Source: an uncultured bacterium (GTDB taxonomy: Bacteria > UBA8481). From it: DNA of 64,000 bases. Below are positions 58,801 to 60,819 of this stretch, piece by piece. How positions within the stretch are numbered: the first letter of the stretch is position 1; each line of letters begins with the position of its first letter. The notes beneath the pieces are model-generated. The model ran no database searches and was not told where the DNA came from. It worked only from the letters and a program-made list of their open reading frames with translations. The DNA lies in contig CAZCME010000001.1 of the NCBI GenBank assembly GCA_964499705.1, positions 8,943 through 72,942 of the forward strand, in the 5' to 3' direction. Position numbers and translations under genes: made by a program.

Positions 58801-60819
58801 GCGGGCAATGCGGACACGTCCGCGACCCGCATTCTCGTGATCGACACGATCGCGCGCGTCACGCCGACGGCTCCCGCCGACGGGCTCCGCACGAACAGCA
58901 CGACGCCCGCTTTCACATGGACCGGCGACGGCGACGCCTTCACAATCCAGGTCTCGAAGGTGAATACGTTCGCGACGATCGCGGCGACAACGACCGGATC
59001 GATCTACAGCTATACGCCGACGCTTGCCGCGGATACGTATTACTGGCGCATCTTCGTCACGGACGCCGCCGGCAACGCGGACACATCCGCGACGAGATCT
59101 CTCGTCATCGACACGCTGGCCTCGGCGACATTGACCGTCCCGGCGGATAACCTCCGCACGAGCGACTCGCGCCCGATCTTCACATGGACGGGCGACGGAG
59201 ATACCTTCACGATCCAGGTCTCGAAGGCGAACACGTTCGCTTCGATCGCGTACACGAATACGTCCTCCGTGATGACATACCAGACGACGCTCGCGACGGA
59301 CACATACTACTGGCGTGTGCTCGCTTCGGACGCGGCCGGCAACGCGGGCGTTTCGGCCACGCGCACGCTCGTGATCGACACGAGCGTCGTCGTGACGCTC
59401 ACATCACCTGCAGATCTCTTCGCTCAGACGGAGACGAAGCCGACATTCACATGGACCGGCGACGCGGATACATACATCCTTCAGATCTCGACCTCCTCCT
59501 CCTTCGCGACGATCTTCGACTCGAAGACGACCTCGTCTACCTCTTACACACCTGCGCTCGGCTACGCGCTCGACACGTACTACTGGCGCGTTACAGGTCA
59601 GGACAACCTCGGCAATGTCTTTACGACCGCGTCGAGAACGCTCTATCTTGTCCTCATTCCGCCGCCTCCGGCGCCGAACGATTCGACGACGTCCTTTGCC
59701 GACGTCATAACGGTCTCGAGTTCGCTCGGTTCCTCCGGTCTCCGCGTGACCGGCACGTCCATTACGCTGTCGACCGGCTTCAGCGATTCCGTTCTCTCCG
59801 TCGTTTTCGAATATCGGACGGTGATGGACGCGACATGGCGCTCGTGCACGATCGCGACGAACAGCGGCTCGAACCCGGATACGAAGGGGCCGCTCTGGAG
59901 CATCTACTGGGATGTCTCGGCACTGCCCGAGGACACGTACTACCTCCGCGCGACCGCGACCAAGCTGGACGGAACGATGGACTCCACACCCTCCACGATC
60001 AGCCTGATGAAGAGCGCGATATTGCCGCAGATCCAGGAGTGGCACGACACGGCGCTGAACCGGCACATCCGCCGCCAGGCCGTGATGCGCGCGACATGGG
60101 ACACGATCATGATTGCCGACGGCACGATGCTCATTATTCCGCCGACCGCGATTCCGGGGACGGACAGCATGTGGGCGCGGGTCACGGCCCATGCCGCGGC
60201 TCCTGCGGAAGCGCCCGCTCCGGGCGCCGGCAGCGTTCTCGTAGCCGGAACATCAGGCACGTATCGCCGTTTCGAATTCGAGAACGGCCAGTCGACGTTC
60301 AACGATTACGTCACGATCGGGATGCCGTATTCCGAAGCCGGGCTCACCGTCACCGAAGGCGAACTGGCCATCTACTATTACGACGCGGGCCTCCAGAGCT
60401 GGGTCAAGACCGACAGTTGCTGGGTGGACACGGTCCGGAACATGGCCTGGTGCCGCGTCCGCCACTTCACGGACTTCGCCGTCTTCGGAGCCGCCGCCGC
60501 CGGAAATCTCGGCAGCGTCATCGTCTATCCGAATCCGTTCGTTCCCTATGACAACGACGTCCAGACCGGCCAGCCGTTCGTGCGGGGCGACAACACGACC
60601 GGCATCATCTTCTCGCGGGTCACATCCACGGTCGACATCGACATCTACACGATCGCGGGCCGCAAGGTCTCCACGATCCATGCGACGAACACGGGCGGCA
60701 ACGTCCAATGGGATGTCCGGAACGACGAAGGCCGTGAAGTCGCCTCCGGCGTCTACTTCGCCATCATCCGCGCGCCGAACGGCGAGCGGAGCGTGCAGAA
60801 GTTCATGGTGATCCGATGA
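31837..60819 (+). CDS. giant secreted multi-modular alpha-glucan-active protein (9,660 aa): signal peptide, GH13 alpha-amylase catalytic domain, CBM48-like x2, GH57-like catalytic module x2 plus one divergent GH57-like module, CBM25/26-like x2, CBM20-like x3, CBM9-like region, >25 FN3 domains, 32 tandem ~91-aa FN3-like repeats, C-terminal T9SS-type sorting domain
   Basis: Single uninterrupted ORF in the six-frame track. N-terminal signal (MKTRRSPSQPSYALLASLFHRFILLASLFLVVTSVEA). GH13 regions I-IV (..DAIWISNPF.., ..GFRVDAIKHV.., ..FGEAFS.., ..FADNHDVARF..). GH57 regions (..FLWHMHQP.., ..LPHDGDNYGG.., ..SCYWYWDG..) occur twice. C-terminal ..VIVYPNPFVPYDN....GIIFSRVTSTVDIDIYTIAGRKVSTIHATNTGGNVQWDVRNDEGREVASGVYFAIIRAPNGERSVQKFMVIR is T9SS-CTD-like. 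Confidence 0.8.
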   Translation: MKTRRSPSQPSYALLASLFHRFILLASLFLVVTSVEAWTLADQQMPTSWAGHSYTPSPGDWRYFGVYQVMTDRFYDGNPSNNTAHNYSTDFGAPSGQLPTEGNRRTIGGDFQGMKENIDYIKSLGYDAIWISNPFMGTEANGYAPTTYNCIDPKLGTVQEFRDLVDAAHARGMYVIVDMVGNHFANWFTDHAFNGAGYGTPTYATDASKRYGATFNDAIGEGNFHNYGNISNWNAPWDLEHGELVGLDDLITEDAYVRNYVIDHYVNMIKAFDIDGFRVDAIKHVNINDWALICSGIRAGAAAVGKSNFYMFGEAFSGSHDAVGYYTGNKAGTGTKIMNGMMDYAMYQQGVPWMLFNDQWGLKNWVAGMNNASYDMGQGNGTTVWNFGNMNVHFADNHDVARFLSSGDWDRMLSVQGMLTMIEGLGAMYYGGEQAFNTAGTDGRGAYGALYDHPFQWDNAVGDNVNMSFWLYKKIAKMMAARRRIGAGLGTGTTLLDPQNGIFAFRRGNDAFVAINGTNMTQSATFNVGLSGTWTNLVDGSSGSGPSLAISLPKYEVGVWIRNIADPVLEPMVTDVSPANGALTGATTLTITFDQNMDPASTIAAASIAPDPGGTWNVTGATLTRTGMTVQPGVTYVVKVAKTATNATGKAMYGGFVSRFKGSYSSPVVNGNVITFNYQGGATAKVKGNWAITGGSNGVYTAAYNAAWTGPAVDMIQSNGLWTATITLTENTVFEYGFEINGAWTNDPVNTNHAVNGNDRFTSGAGTPAGPDSVPPVFGGLTSATDAGTSGKVNLAWSAATDTSTPIKYNIFWTNNAADSVAKSYVDMTPNAVVSSATSYQVTGLTNGAQYWFVVRAEDAKTGAGGPGGGNQETNLVDRTATPTGLASPIVNGNVVTFAFSGGGLGKVKGSWIVTGGSNGNYTANYDSTWNAGATTNMVLSGSVWRCTFTLPANTTFEYGFEIDSAWTNDPLNTNHAANGNDKFTTGAASNGDTTPPSFAGLATAVDSGTGGRVSLAWAAGTDATGPVRYNVYWTNSAAAQVSKSYVDGTPDATTTSTSYLASGLTNASQYWFVVRAEDSAFGSGPNGGNQDTNLVDQTATPSGASNTAPTANAQNTTTPQNTAKVITLTGSDPEGSSLTFAIATQPSNGTLSAITAINATSASVTYTPNTNFNGNDAFTFTVNDGLLTSASANVGVNVVSGARPPIYISFLWHMHQPKYWPDEPATATEGRTDYGFSIRTIHTDRTGPYTSWPIDAIQNAMNAGLANSGAQVTFTGSLTENLNDYEAAGWAFGGWKNRWREGMQWRTALNNPRLDITQFPYFHVLQPLIGDKWTREHIRLFQNMYQGTFSAAAQSKGMFPTENCVSDFLIPAWKDNGIDWVIVDNVHFDRTALGYPWSSGGNLYEMNGADILNPNPNDWVQLNGLWAPTKISARWGHQPHYMQYVDPTTGTVRKMIAVPGSRYLGNEDARGGYGALQYDAVLSQLEPFNTDPAHPILVVLPHDGDNYGGGTDGYYHGNFSAMISWLQSNPTRFQLITIQDYLSMFPPDQSDVMHIEPGGWSGADNGDPEYKKWNGDPAADGYSPDRNSWMTLMAAENRVEHAERLQPTNGNVATAIRKMMVGMTSCYWYWDGSPPWDYHVTRACNEAVGLVDPIIAGGGADLQPPTVFLPQRDPYNPGGKEWNIQQASNLKVFTPAYDVSGLRRVELKYRVDDDGNNPIADVANEVYAGGAGVGAWQTLSMTVDAFPASRSNPQPIYRANIYAATIDGTNLANKLVDYYVEAEDNAGLITKTVIQHVKWGGTGGGGGGTTIWSPSAPTSSDTITVTWTKASKLHWGVNNWVAPNAVYWPAGSVAWDAQSIESPLDGSFKIVIGPFNNPAQTVTEVNIVFHNNDGTWDNNGGLNWKIPILVDTAPPARPATPILTSGNTTIDLTWAANGEADLNGYRLYRALAAAGPHSLIATLARTATTFNDSGLSNGTTYHYVLRAYDNAANTSDSSISTSATPSGVDVTPPSITSGLSALSLQQAVRITWNRNLESDMDSYVIFRRTSSGVFTQAALADSVTSTYTDTGLSAGETYTYLIRARDRSGNLADSSATATAVAQPNTPPAAPSGFYALPWDSSVRLRWNRNTEGDFAGYRVFRAGVTGGPYTQISGLLTDTQFTDSGLANGTTYFYVLAAVDTAGGQSSYTTEDSTTPRPLINVLFRVDVNGLSGVTIVRIAGDLFTPSWIPTANPLRDLGGGIWGETFAMPISTALQYKYVTNGANWENDFATASGKREITVVSMTADSRMFVNNKWNVAGDPAPTSPPGLQATATSQKVTLRWSNSFEYDIVGFNLYRSTTSGSGYSLIASLGTETGYNDTNVINGDTYYYVMAARDQVGQIGLFSAQVQATPGANQPPAVPNGLNATAGDRRVTLVWNANAEVDLAGYHLYRATVAGGPYAKINTDTILGTSYVDTGVTNGDTFYYVLRSVDIYDSQSAYSTEDSATPRAPDTTAPPVPTGLVATPASGQVTLNWNHVVAADSTGYNVFRGISPSGPFGKINGSLASTNSYVDLTVSNGVWYYYNVRSVDMVNNQSESSATVSAQPQTAVGGIEDRTIDGSFFDWKYTDVRALDTYVDNNYLWWDGFANHPVGYDPSRDLTAVYSREGTSDYFFRVDFQDLALGVEQTNMNLYLALDWNSATGQAFFPDFVDAQTSQPWELIIAIYDGGTTGKTLWKPDWTTIASPNVRASFNSQWDAVEIAVPKSHLTNLGWVSGQKIHLQVFTTRDGTNSGAGEVASLPDITDAMPDSYTQDAYLNGVISTESTVGRAKYSVILHGNQSLNPGGDINKWIYDAVAVTPNGNPSGYHRALQTMEQCNTPVNIHVSGSLAAVMDMANTTNPLNDGPTFNQRIADFVDDDWNDGRKGHIIGGVYAEHIMPYFRDDTSIGITINSRAQELKTDVLTSFYSLSRHPKVFWIPERVVDGQTLDNVILDRRTNTPTGYTTTILDNLTHIYYWLGSSFAHTNEFKLLRINGVNVFQINDHYDDRKFWAQDNAANYEVRTRLLDLARAADQEQVMIVFDDWEAYAGRSFASPNTIHDGPDNFDVSMKWIAQHPWVEVVTLEQLLDRNWTPVDAGTNLTYPKSTYQWLLHASEMGYDNWYWGSAQEENFSQQIPLLTGDRYSSPAVLNPIPSGKRYGSIWDAGTILRDVWSDIQALPGNQLKRLSEQGYIHLIYETAWHDEDISDKAWDPVTRVFTNPDNTWDGTSYWAYDLHGHVRHMGYLAEAARWADSVSAGAQSALTVVQTKDLDYDGESEYILKNSRVFGVFENDGGRMVLGVSYDTAQGGFVMVGNIITNAPSEGEEEDGSRRISAFADMNNSAYINANYSVATGTDSIVFTSPDGLIRKDIRLQHGSGTFEAAYRENLTGPVYIRNGLIANLHEMTYTGERYVQIVGATNGSYYGVKNTRAGGEIRLNFGGTTFNSAFTDGTMDNTNSPFVKAVEVTGNGNFTMSLTLNTDDTSVILDTPPVPSGLSATGGNGQVYLSWSPVSSASLAGYHVYRGTVNGGPYSKISDTRAQTNYTDTGVSNGTTYYYVVKSVSVRGASSANSNQATATPNPPTDTPAAPTGVTATAGNTEITVNWTATDTTLAGWHVYRSAAQGGPYTQVNGSILTGGSFTSTALTNGTRYYFVVKAQSLSGLLSAYSSEVSETPSASANVTTVLTAPSAGQTLTGAVPFTATCTAPQGVNRVEFKVDGALAGTATTPEQAGGDSAAGVWGVGSKTITIDGVNTAGEWTTACRIARDPAWDHANVMNGAWATHETPFDYTDLYAAWDATYLYIGIQIVDVTDIKDPSNAGSSNGTPARAMNLPQWLAFDVAPGGYTGVNGAGANTAEYDAWKKGQLFGGGTGVDTQIYFASNFWQGPFLIPYRNGFFPDSNTIGKQLGVFHGASGQGLAGTEVIGLDGTNFVAQGHNTGRNSFFELKIPLSYLGGPDLATRTIGIMVGQGDGTNASGVDCIPDDPATLNTQGVEVYNSPKEWADVDIFTVPFAKIGTSTGGSGASNTYRVIVNTANYQDGARVVTATGIANGAGGSASSSANVTFANAAPPPPAPTGVVATPASTLVALNWSAATGATGYNVYMATVSGGPYTKQNTSLVAGTQYSIPSLTNGTTYYFVVTAVNGQGLESPYSSQVQGIPAAGVNVVFTVDMRNAGAYSSVQVAGNQFTPAWTPSATPLANNTGGTWTVTRSFPSGTQIQYKYVKDSTGWEADFATTSKNREITVADQGGGVMYVDNVWGQEGNAAPAGPTGVTLTAAQSSITVSWTRSTSFDVISHCVYRSQTSGGPWNLVHETSTVNSWVDTGLTNGTRYYYVVRAKDRANQYSAYSTEVNATPGNDPAPAAPTGLAATAGVNQIALSWNPNTEPDHSGYNVWYTVSGGNGVPVKINGAIIPTAGYTHTNLDPNLTYTYYITCVDSGANEGPASATVARQPLNGGSQQPIYIAYQWHMHQPIYWPYENIRTTYTTRTNYAYVRDVLAWPDRVDAYTHNPVDAVANHMASKPNWGAQISYSGSLQENINNMAAASDGYFPGWNNRYAEGHGWTTTLGNRRVDLVSFGYHHPLLPFIDYRDARLQIQMHRRITTTTFGNPYSLGMFPAESAFSERIIPQLLDEGLQWVMVDNLHLDHCNKNFPWAAGEKINPPNRADAVNPPQGTYINLSCQTNTNYNVSPWGLRPHYAKYVNPNDGTERKMIIVPLERSLGYDDSYGDRTPQARLQAFLPHNTDPAHPLLVVLAHDGDNAGASGFRYYVETMGWLAGADPNQFRFTTVQDYLQMFPPDVNDVVHITDGSWVGADLGDQELKKWLGDPYQSGVVNFEQGFSSDWNSWMVITAGKNRMLTAEAIAPASGDIGGIVYKNGNNTDKAWAEFLVGEASCFWYWDGTVQWDEQPSRAVANAMVYADPIIASSPGTDNIAPNIFSLQREPYNPGATEAFKGVQPSDFQVFTFIYDVNAVSNATLYYRIDADGENPIGDNANEIYAGGAGVGPWVALTMETRVYAMPPAAQIQPQYRAEIYRAFINGLSNTLVDYYVTATDGRGNVSKSDIYHCYIGDPNSGGGGGRWTPANPTSSDTITITGDKAGKLHWGVNGWVAPNGVYWPSGTTTYDAQSVESPLDGTFKIVIGPFNNAAQAVTRVDFVFHYNDGTWDANSGLNYRIDITNDTTPPAQPTGFTSSPGNGFVQLGWTLGAGDVSSYKIYRGTTSGGPYSQVVSTGRVATYTDTAVVNATTYYYVLRSADATGNLSDTTTQISATPSGVDTTPPAKPSNVNATASEFGATVSWTANNEYDLAGYRIYRSITAGSSHVLIETTSLTSRSHSGLNPADTYYYVIVAFDSSGNASDTSTEKAIKPLAAQPPAAPTGVAITAGNAVCTITWNANGEPDLAGYNVYRAQGSSTAPYVKVNGSTVVVTNYANSGLTNDTTYYFRIRAVDTAGAESDSSAIVSATPVAGITVAFRVNVTGFSPGVVQIAGNQLTPTWTPSANPMTNEGANIWKIEKTYPVGTVIQYKFVRDTTTWESDFPAGASTNRDITVVDQGGGKMYVNNTWNVDGDAIPATPTGLQATAGAGAVNLTWNAVTVFDLDGYCVYRATAVGGPYAKIANQITLTSRNDSGLVNGTTYYYYVTAEDSAGQASGASSTVNATPIIPDTTSPAVVSGVDATVQGSTIRVAWNPNGETDVVGYRVYRSASANGAYTQLNGTIETDSDYSDSTVSVNTVYHYRVRAQDASGNLSDTSSADSASVTGNPIGVDGDPSEWTGTGPTTDRTYSIINGQWIWRDPPADQRTDATDPDSNYDLTEVRFTGDVNGVSFLGKFTDISASNLPFISLAVDKDQLAGSGEEWFSSNTDMTMADTGRRDYEIVINSNKTGYYGVGDNNWNWSDTGSSFISPGNNVIEANFQWYSLGITLPKLVRFTMGVAQHDGAGSAAEIFGSDALDAVTTATGNTWTEISDGQLDYNFDIGFNADGKVNSAPDTPTWIAPADGANLTSPLITFQWNQSDTDGAIAVSPYYEIQYATNSGFTTGLVIDSGAGNLTSRDRTFSGSGTYYSRVRMRDDFLWSGWSATRTFSVVDSTAPDGSASDWLGVASTTANESTVDKGEWIWTDANTDERTDGTDPDGNYDLKELRLKGDTSYLFILAKFRDITTTTLPYLAIGVETDQIYGNGQKWFGNGSDLQMDTNAWRELELVMNNNNVGFYSTINSWVWNDSGARTISTTNDLIEARYVWSDLKIVLPKKLRFSAMTAENDAGNVKDRYNADALDVVTQYSGNTWGEVQDTVLNFWVDLDFNRSGLINTRPGKPSLIAPLAGVTLNTSTVSFQFAWSDADSGAIANPKIELQLSTDSAFQTIVATCVEFDLDTLCAASLSSGGNFWWRVRTFDDFETSVWSDTRDFRADFYAAPITLLEPPDGIDTNTSFVRFAWTQPLDDLSGLDSFLLEIGTSSTFDTYQQTRTVDSNSYQLLKQGETVYYWRVRAVDRAGNMATSATRWLRLDTSVTVSAVTPTAGAATNDSTPTYTWTGNGSVYVFQLAPDATFFTLQDSVTLPGTTYAPSGATYHAHGGHYWRVLAWDTVGNSASTASRAIGIDTSVSVNFGAPANSTDTNQQRPVFSWSGDADTWTFEISRFTDFSVLYDNTTTAALTYQPGANYAGDTYYWRVRGQDTFGNTATATYRQIVIDTGITVNQTSPIDGVETNDATPTFAWTGDADTYIVEIATDAGFAAIMDSKTTNGLSHTPAANYNQGLFYWRIRAQKTAGSSKTTPTRTFRIDTSVVVTLVSPVANLETRSLRPVFTWTGDALSYNFQASTSATFATLVDTTISSGLIRTAAADYRADTYYWRIVARDTVGNIETSPVRILIVDTGVTVSSSTPADGFRTNDSTPTFTWTGTGETYILQVSRFTGFDTLTDVVTTAASTYTPSAYYGAAAYHWRVIASDDAGNIETSVDRIVTIDTSITVALSSPSNVFRTNSTAPAFAWTGDADTWTLQVARDAAFTAIVENRTQTLASFTGAGYSADTYYWRVSGADYAGNRDTTSSRSFTVDTTAAVTLTSPAASTVTSDSTPSFTWTGDGDTFTIQVSSSSTFATIQDSAISGGYTYTPSARYYGSGVWYWRVLSRDVAGNAETTASRTFTVDTGVVVTLSTPADGARVNFVTPTFAWTGDANIYVIQVSTASTFASLVDSKTTTALNHTPAFAYPADTVYWRIVGFDTVNVETSASRVLVIDTQVAVSLTSPANGSRTNDSTPAFAWTGGGDTWNIEVSRFSNFGSLLDAATLAGTTTYTPAQYYPADTLYWRVTARDSVGNSATTASRSLVIDTSVVAALSSPDDLFQTNDTTPAFVWTGDAQTWLLQVSRFTNFSVLFDSSATASTSYTTTILYPTDTYYWRIAGQDDVGNRETTAYRTLIIDTGLVVNLATPAANLETKSLRPVFSWSGNADTYIFQLSASAAFATILDSQTGATATFTPVADRAADTYYWRVVAKDNAGNTETSASRVLFIDTAPPSAPALASPADSATTRNVITVFTWTGDADSYAIELARDSVFASVVLAETRPTVSATSPQLGRDTYWWRVRGYDDAGNAGPWSGMRALFVDTLITVSGTTPADGARTNDSTPTFTWTGNGDTYTIEVSRLANFAALTIQATTTASTFTAGGSLGADTYYWRVSAVDSFGNAGVSTTRSFAVDTSATVTLATPADNTVTNDTTPSFAWSGDGDTWTIQVSRLANFSTIYDASTSAVATYTTGGYYGADTYYWRVVSLDQAGNSETSGSRIIVIDTAVSSTLATPADSTRTSDSTPSFTWTGSGDTYRLDISKSITFAPLQATATTSAVSHTLTTYLGQDTYYWRIVSLDVAGNTDTSAGRMLVIDTSATVSLTSPAAGTRTNDSTPAFSWSGEADTWTFEIARIADFSALVESRVTAATSYTPSTLYYGHDTYYWRVSGSDVAGNSAVAASRTLYIDTLISVSASSPAANAETLVLRPAFAWTGAADSYRFDLSRSATFATLVETSAMTAQGLTIASSLTADTYYWRVAAWDAAGNADTTAARTLFVDTGVTVASAPPADNTRTNDSSPSFTWAGDGDSYTFQIARDTSFGAIVDSRTTAAAAYTTSFYYGADTYYWRVLATDDAGNLASSASRLIVIDTGVVIALSSPADGALSNDSTPAFTWTGDADTYVLQVSSTSTFAAIFDSRTTSATTYTPSSGYATDTYWWRVIGYDALGNVETTASRTFRLMTAVAVNLLTPSDSFYANVLSPSFTWTGTGDTYTFQLSSSPTFATLAESVQQPTLSRTTALSLGAGVWYWRVIARDVAGNTDTAVARALVIDTSASVALATPADATRTSDSTPSYSWTGDGDTWTVQIARDAGFATIVQQSTVNVQTYTATILPEDTYYWRVIARDKAGNSDTAAARSFIVDTFVSVALDTPGDLYKSRDVTPNLFWTGTGDTYRVEISRSATFAPLYETATLAASPFNSAVVYPGDTYYWRVIATDQAGNFDTTAARRFIVDTTAPDTSTTVTLTTPADQHDTSDSTPTFLWSGDADTYIIQVARDTSFAALVDAATLSGAVSYTTAGYYAQDTYYWRVIGFDVAGNYDTTPARRIAIDTTVNVALASPSDAIQTLDTRPTFTWTGDGDTYLLELAFNDNTFATLHDSQLSSALTYRPSAAKYMGAGIYYWRVTVWDRLGNQKTASTRSLFIDTEVRVTLSTPADGDSTTNNRPTYTWAGDADTYWLQVSTSAVFATIYDSKYQAANSYTPGFSSSGGTYYWRVTGYDQAGNIFTTTGRSLLIVNALTLSLTAPADNIRTTDSTPSFTWTGNGDSYTFEISKSSSFATTIDTKNLTVTNYAPAGYYGADTYYWRVIGRDSAGNTFTSPTRTLGIDTIAAVSLTSPASGTRTKDTRPILVWSGDATSNASDVFTVQVSTSLSFATIAATTSGYVSSYQPTLVADTYYWRVLLVDAAGNADTSATRILVIDTIARVTPTAPADGLRTNSTTPAFTWTGDGDAFTIQVSKVNTFATIAATTTGSIYSYTPTLAADTYYWRIFVTDAAGNADTSATRSLVIDTLASATLTVPADNLRTSDSRPIFTWTGDGDTFTIQVSKANTFASIAYTNTSSVMTYQTTLATDTYYWRVLASDAAGNAGVSATRTLVIDTSVVVTLTSPADLFAQTETKPTFTWTGDADTYILQISTSSSFATIFDSKTTSSTSYTPALGYALDTYYWRVTGQDNLGNVFTTASRTLYLVLIPPPPAPNDSTTSFADVITVSSSLGSSGLRVTGTSITLSTGFSDSVLSVVFEYRTVMDATWRSCTIATNSGSNPDTKGPLWSIYWDVSALPEDTYYLRATATKLDGTMDSTPSTISLMKSAILPQIQEWHDTALNRHIRRQAVMRATWDTIMIADGTMLIIPPTAIPGTDSMWARVTAHAAAPAEAPAPGAGSVLVAGTSGTYRRFEFENGQSTFNDYVTIGMPYSEAGLTVTEGELAIYYYDAGLQSWVKTDSCWVDTVRNMAWCRVRHFTDFAVFGAAAAGNLGSVIVYPNPFVPYDNDVQTGQPFVRGDNTTGIIFSRVTSTVDIDIYTIAGRKVSTIHATNTGGNVQWDVRNDEGREVASGVYFAIIRAPNGERSVQKFMVIR
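31960..33530 (+). other. GH13 alpha-amylase-type catalytic domain of the giant protein
   Basis: Conserved regions at 32161..32240 (GDFQGMKENIDYIKSLGYDAIWISNPF), about 32662..32690 (GFRVDAIKHV, nucleophile Asp), about 32770 (FGEAFSG, acid/base Glu) and about 33016..33045 (FADNHDVARF). Confidence 0.8.
35441..36840 (+). other. GH57-like catalytic module 1 of the giant protein
   Basis: HMHQP at 35476..35490. ..MFPTENC.. (putative nucleophile Glu region). VVLPHDGDNYGGG at about 36328..36366 (GH57 region IV HDDGEKFG-like). SCYWYWDG at 36711..36734 (region V CNDAYWHG-like). Confidence 0.6.
40270..41300 (+). other. divergent third GH57-like module of the giant protein (possibly non-canonical or non-catalytic)
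   Basis: ..SVILHGNQSLNPGG.. in place of HQP. ..VFDDWEAYAG.. at 41023..41049 in place of HDDGE. ..YDNWYWGS.. at 41257..41280 in the region-V position. Confidence 0.4.
45270..46700 (+). other. GH57-like catalytic module 2 of the giant protein
   Basis: QWHMHQPIYW at about 45301..45330. ..MFPAESAFSE.. VVLAHDGDNAGAS at about 46153..46191. SCFWYWDG at 46582..46605. Collinear with module 1. Confidence 0.6.
50830..59650 (+). repeat. in-frame tandem array of about 32 FN3-like repeats (period ~275 bp / ~91 aa) inside the giant gene
   Basis: Each unit carries ..TP.F.WTGD(A)DTY..QVS....FA......T....YTP.....DTYYWRV.A.D.AGN..T...R.L.IDT.. The (Y/W)(Y/W)WR(V/I) core occurs 32 times between about 51060 and 59580 at 265-285-bp spacing. 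Nucleotide copies differ mostly at wobble positions. Confidence 0.85.
60530..60816 (+). other. T9SS-type C-terminal sorting domain (Por secretion CTD / FlgD-Ig-like) of the giant protein
   Basis: Last ~90 aa: YPNPF...(G)IIF........DIDIYTIAGRKV.........G..V.WD..N..G..VASGVYFAII....G....QKFMVIR is the canonical CTD pattern. Confidence 0.6.

Noticed and set aside
51400-59700. Possible CRISPR array or non-coding satellite suggested by regular ~275-bp nucleotide periodicity
   Set aside because: The period is far longer than CRISPR repeat+spacer units. There are no short identical direct repeats. The region is in-frame within the giant ORF and encodes conserved protein repeats.
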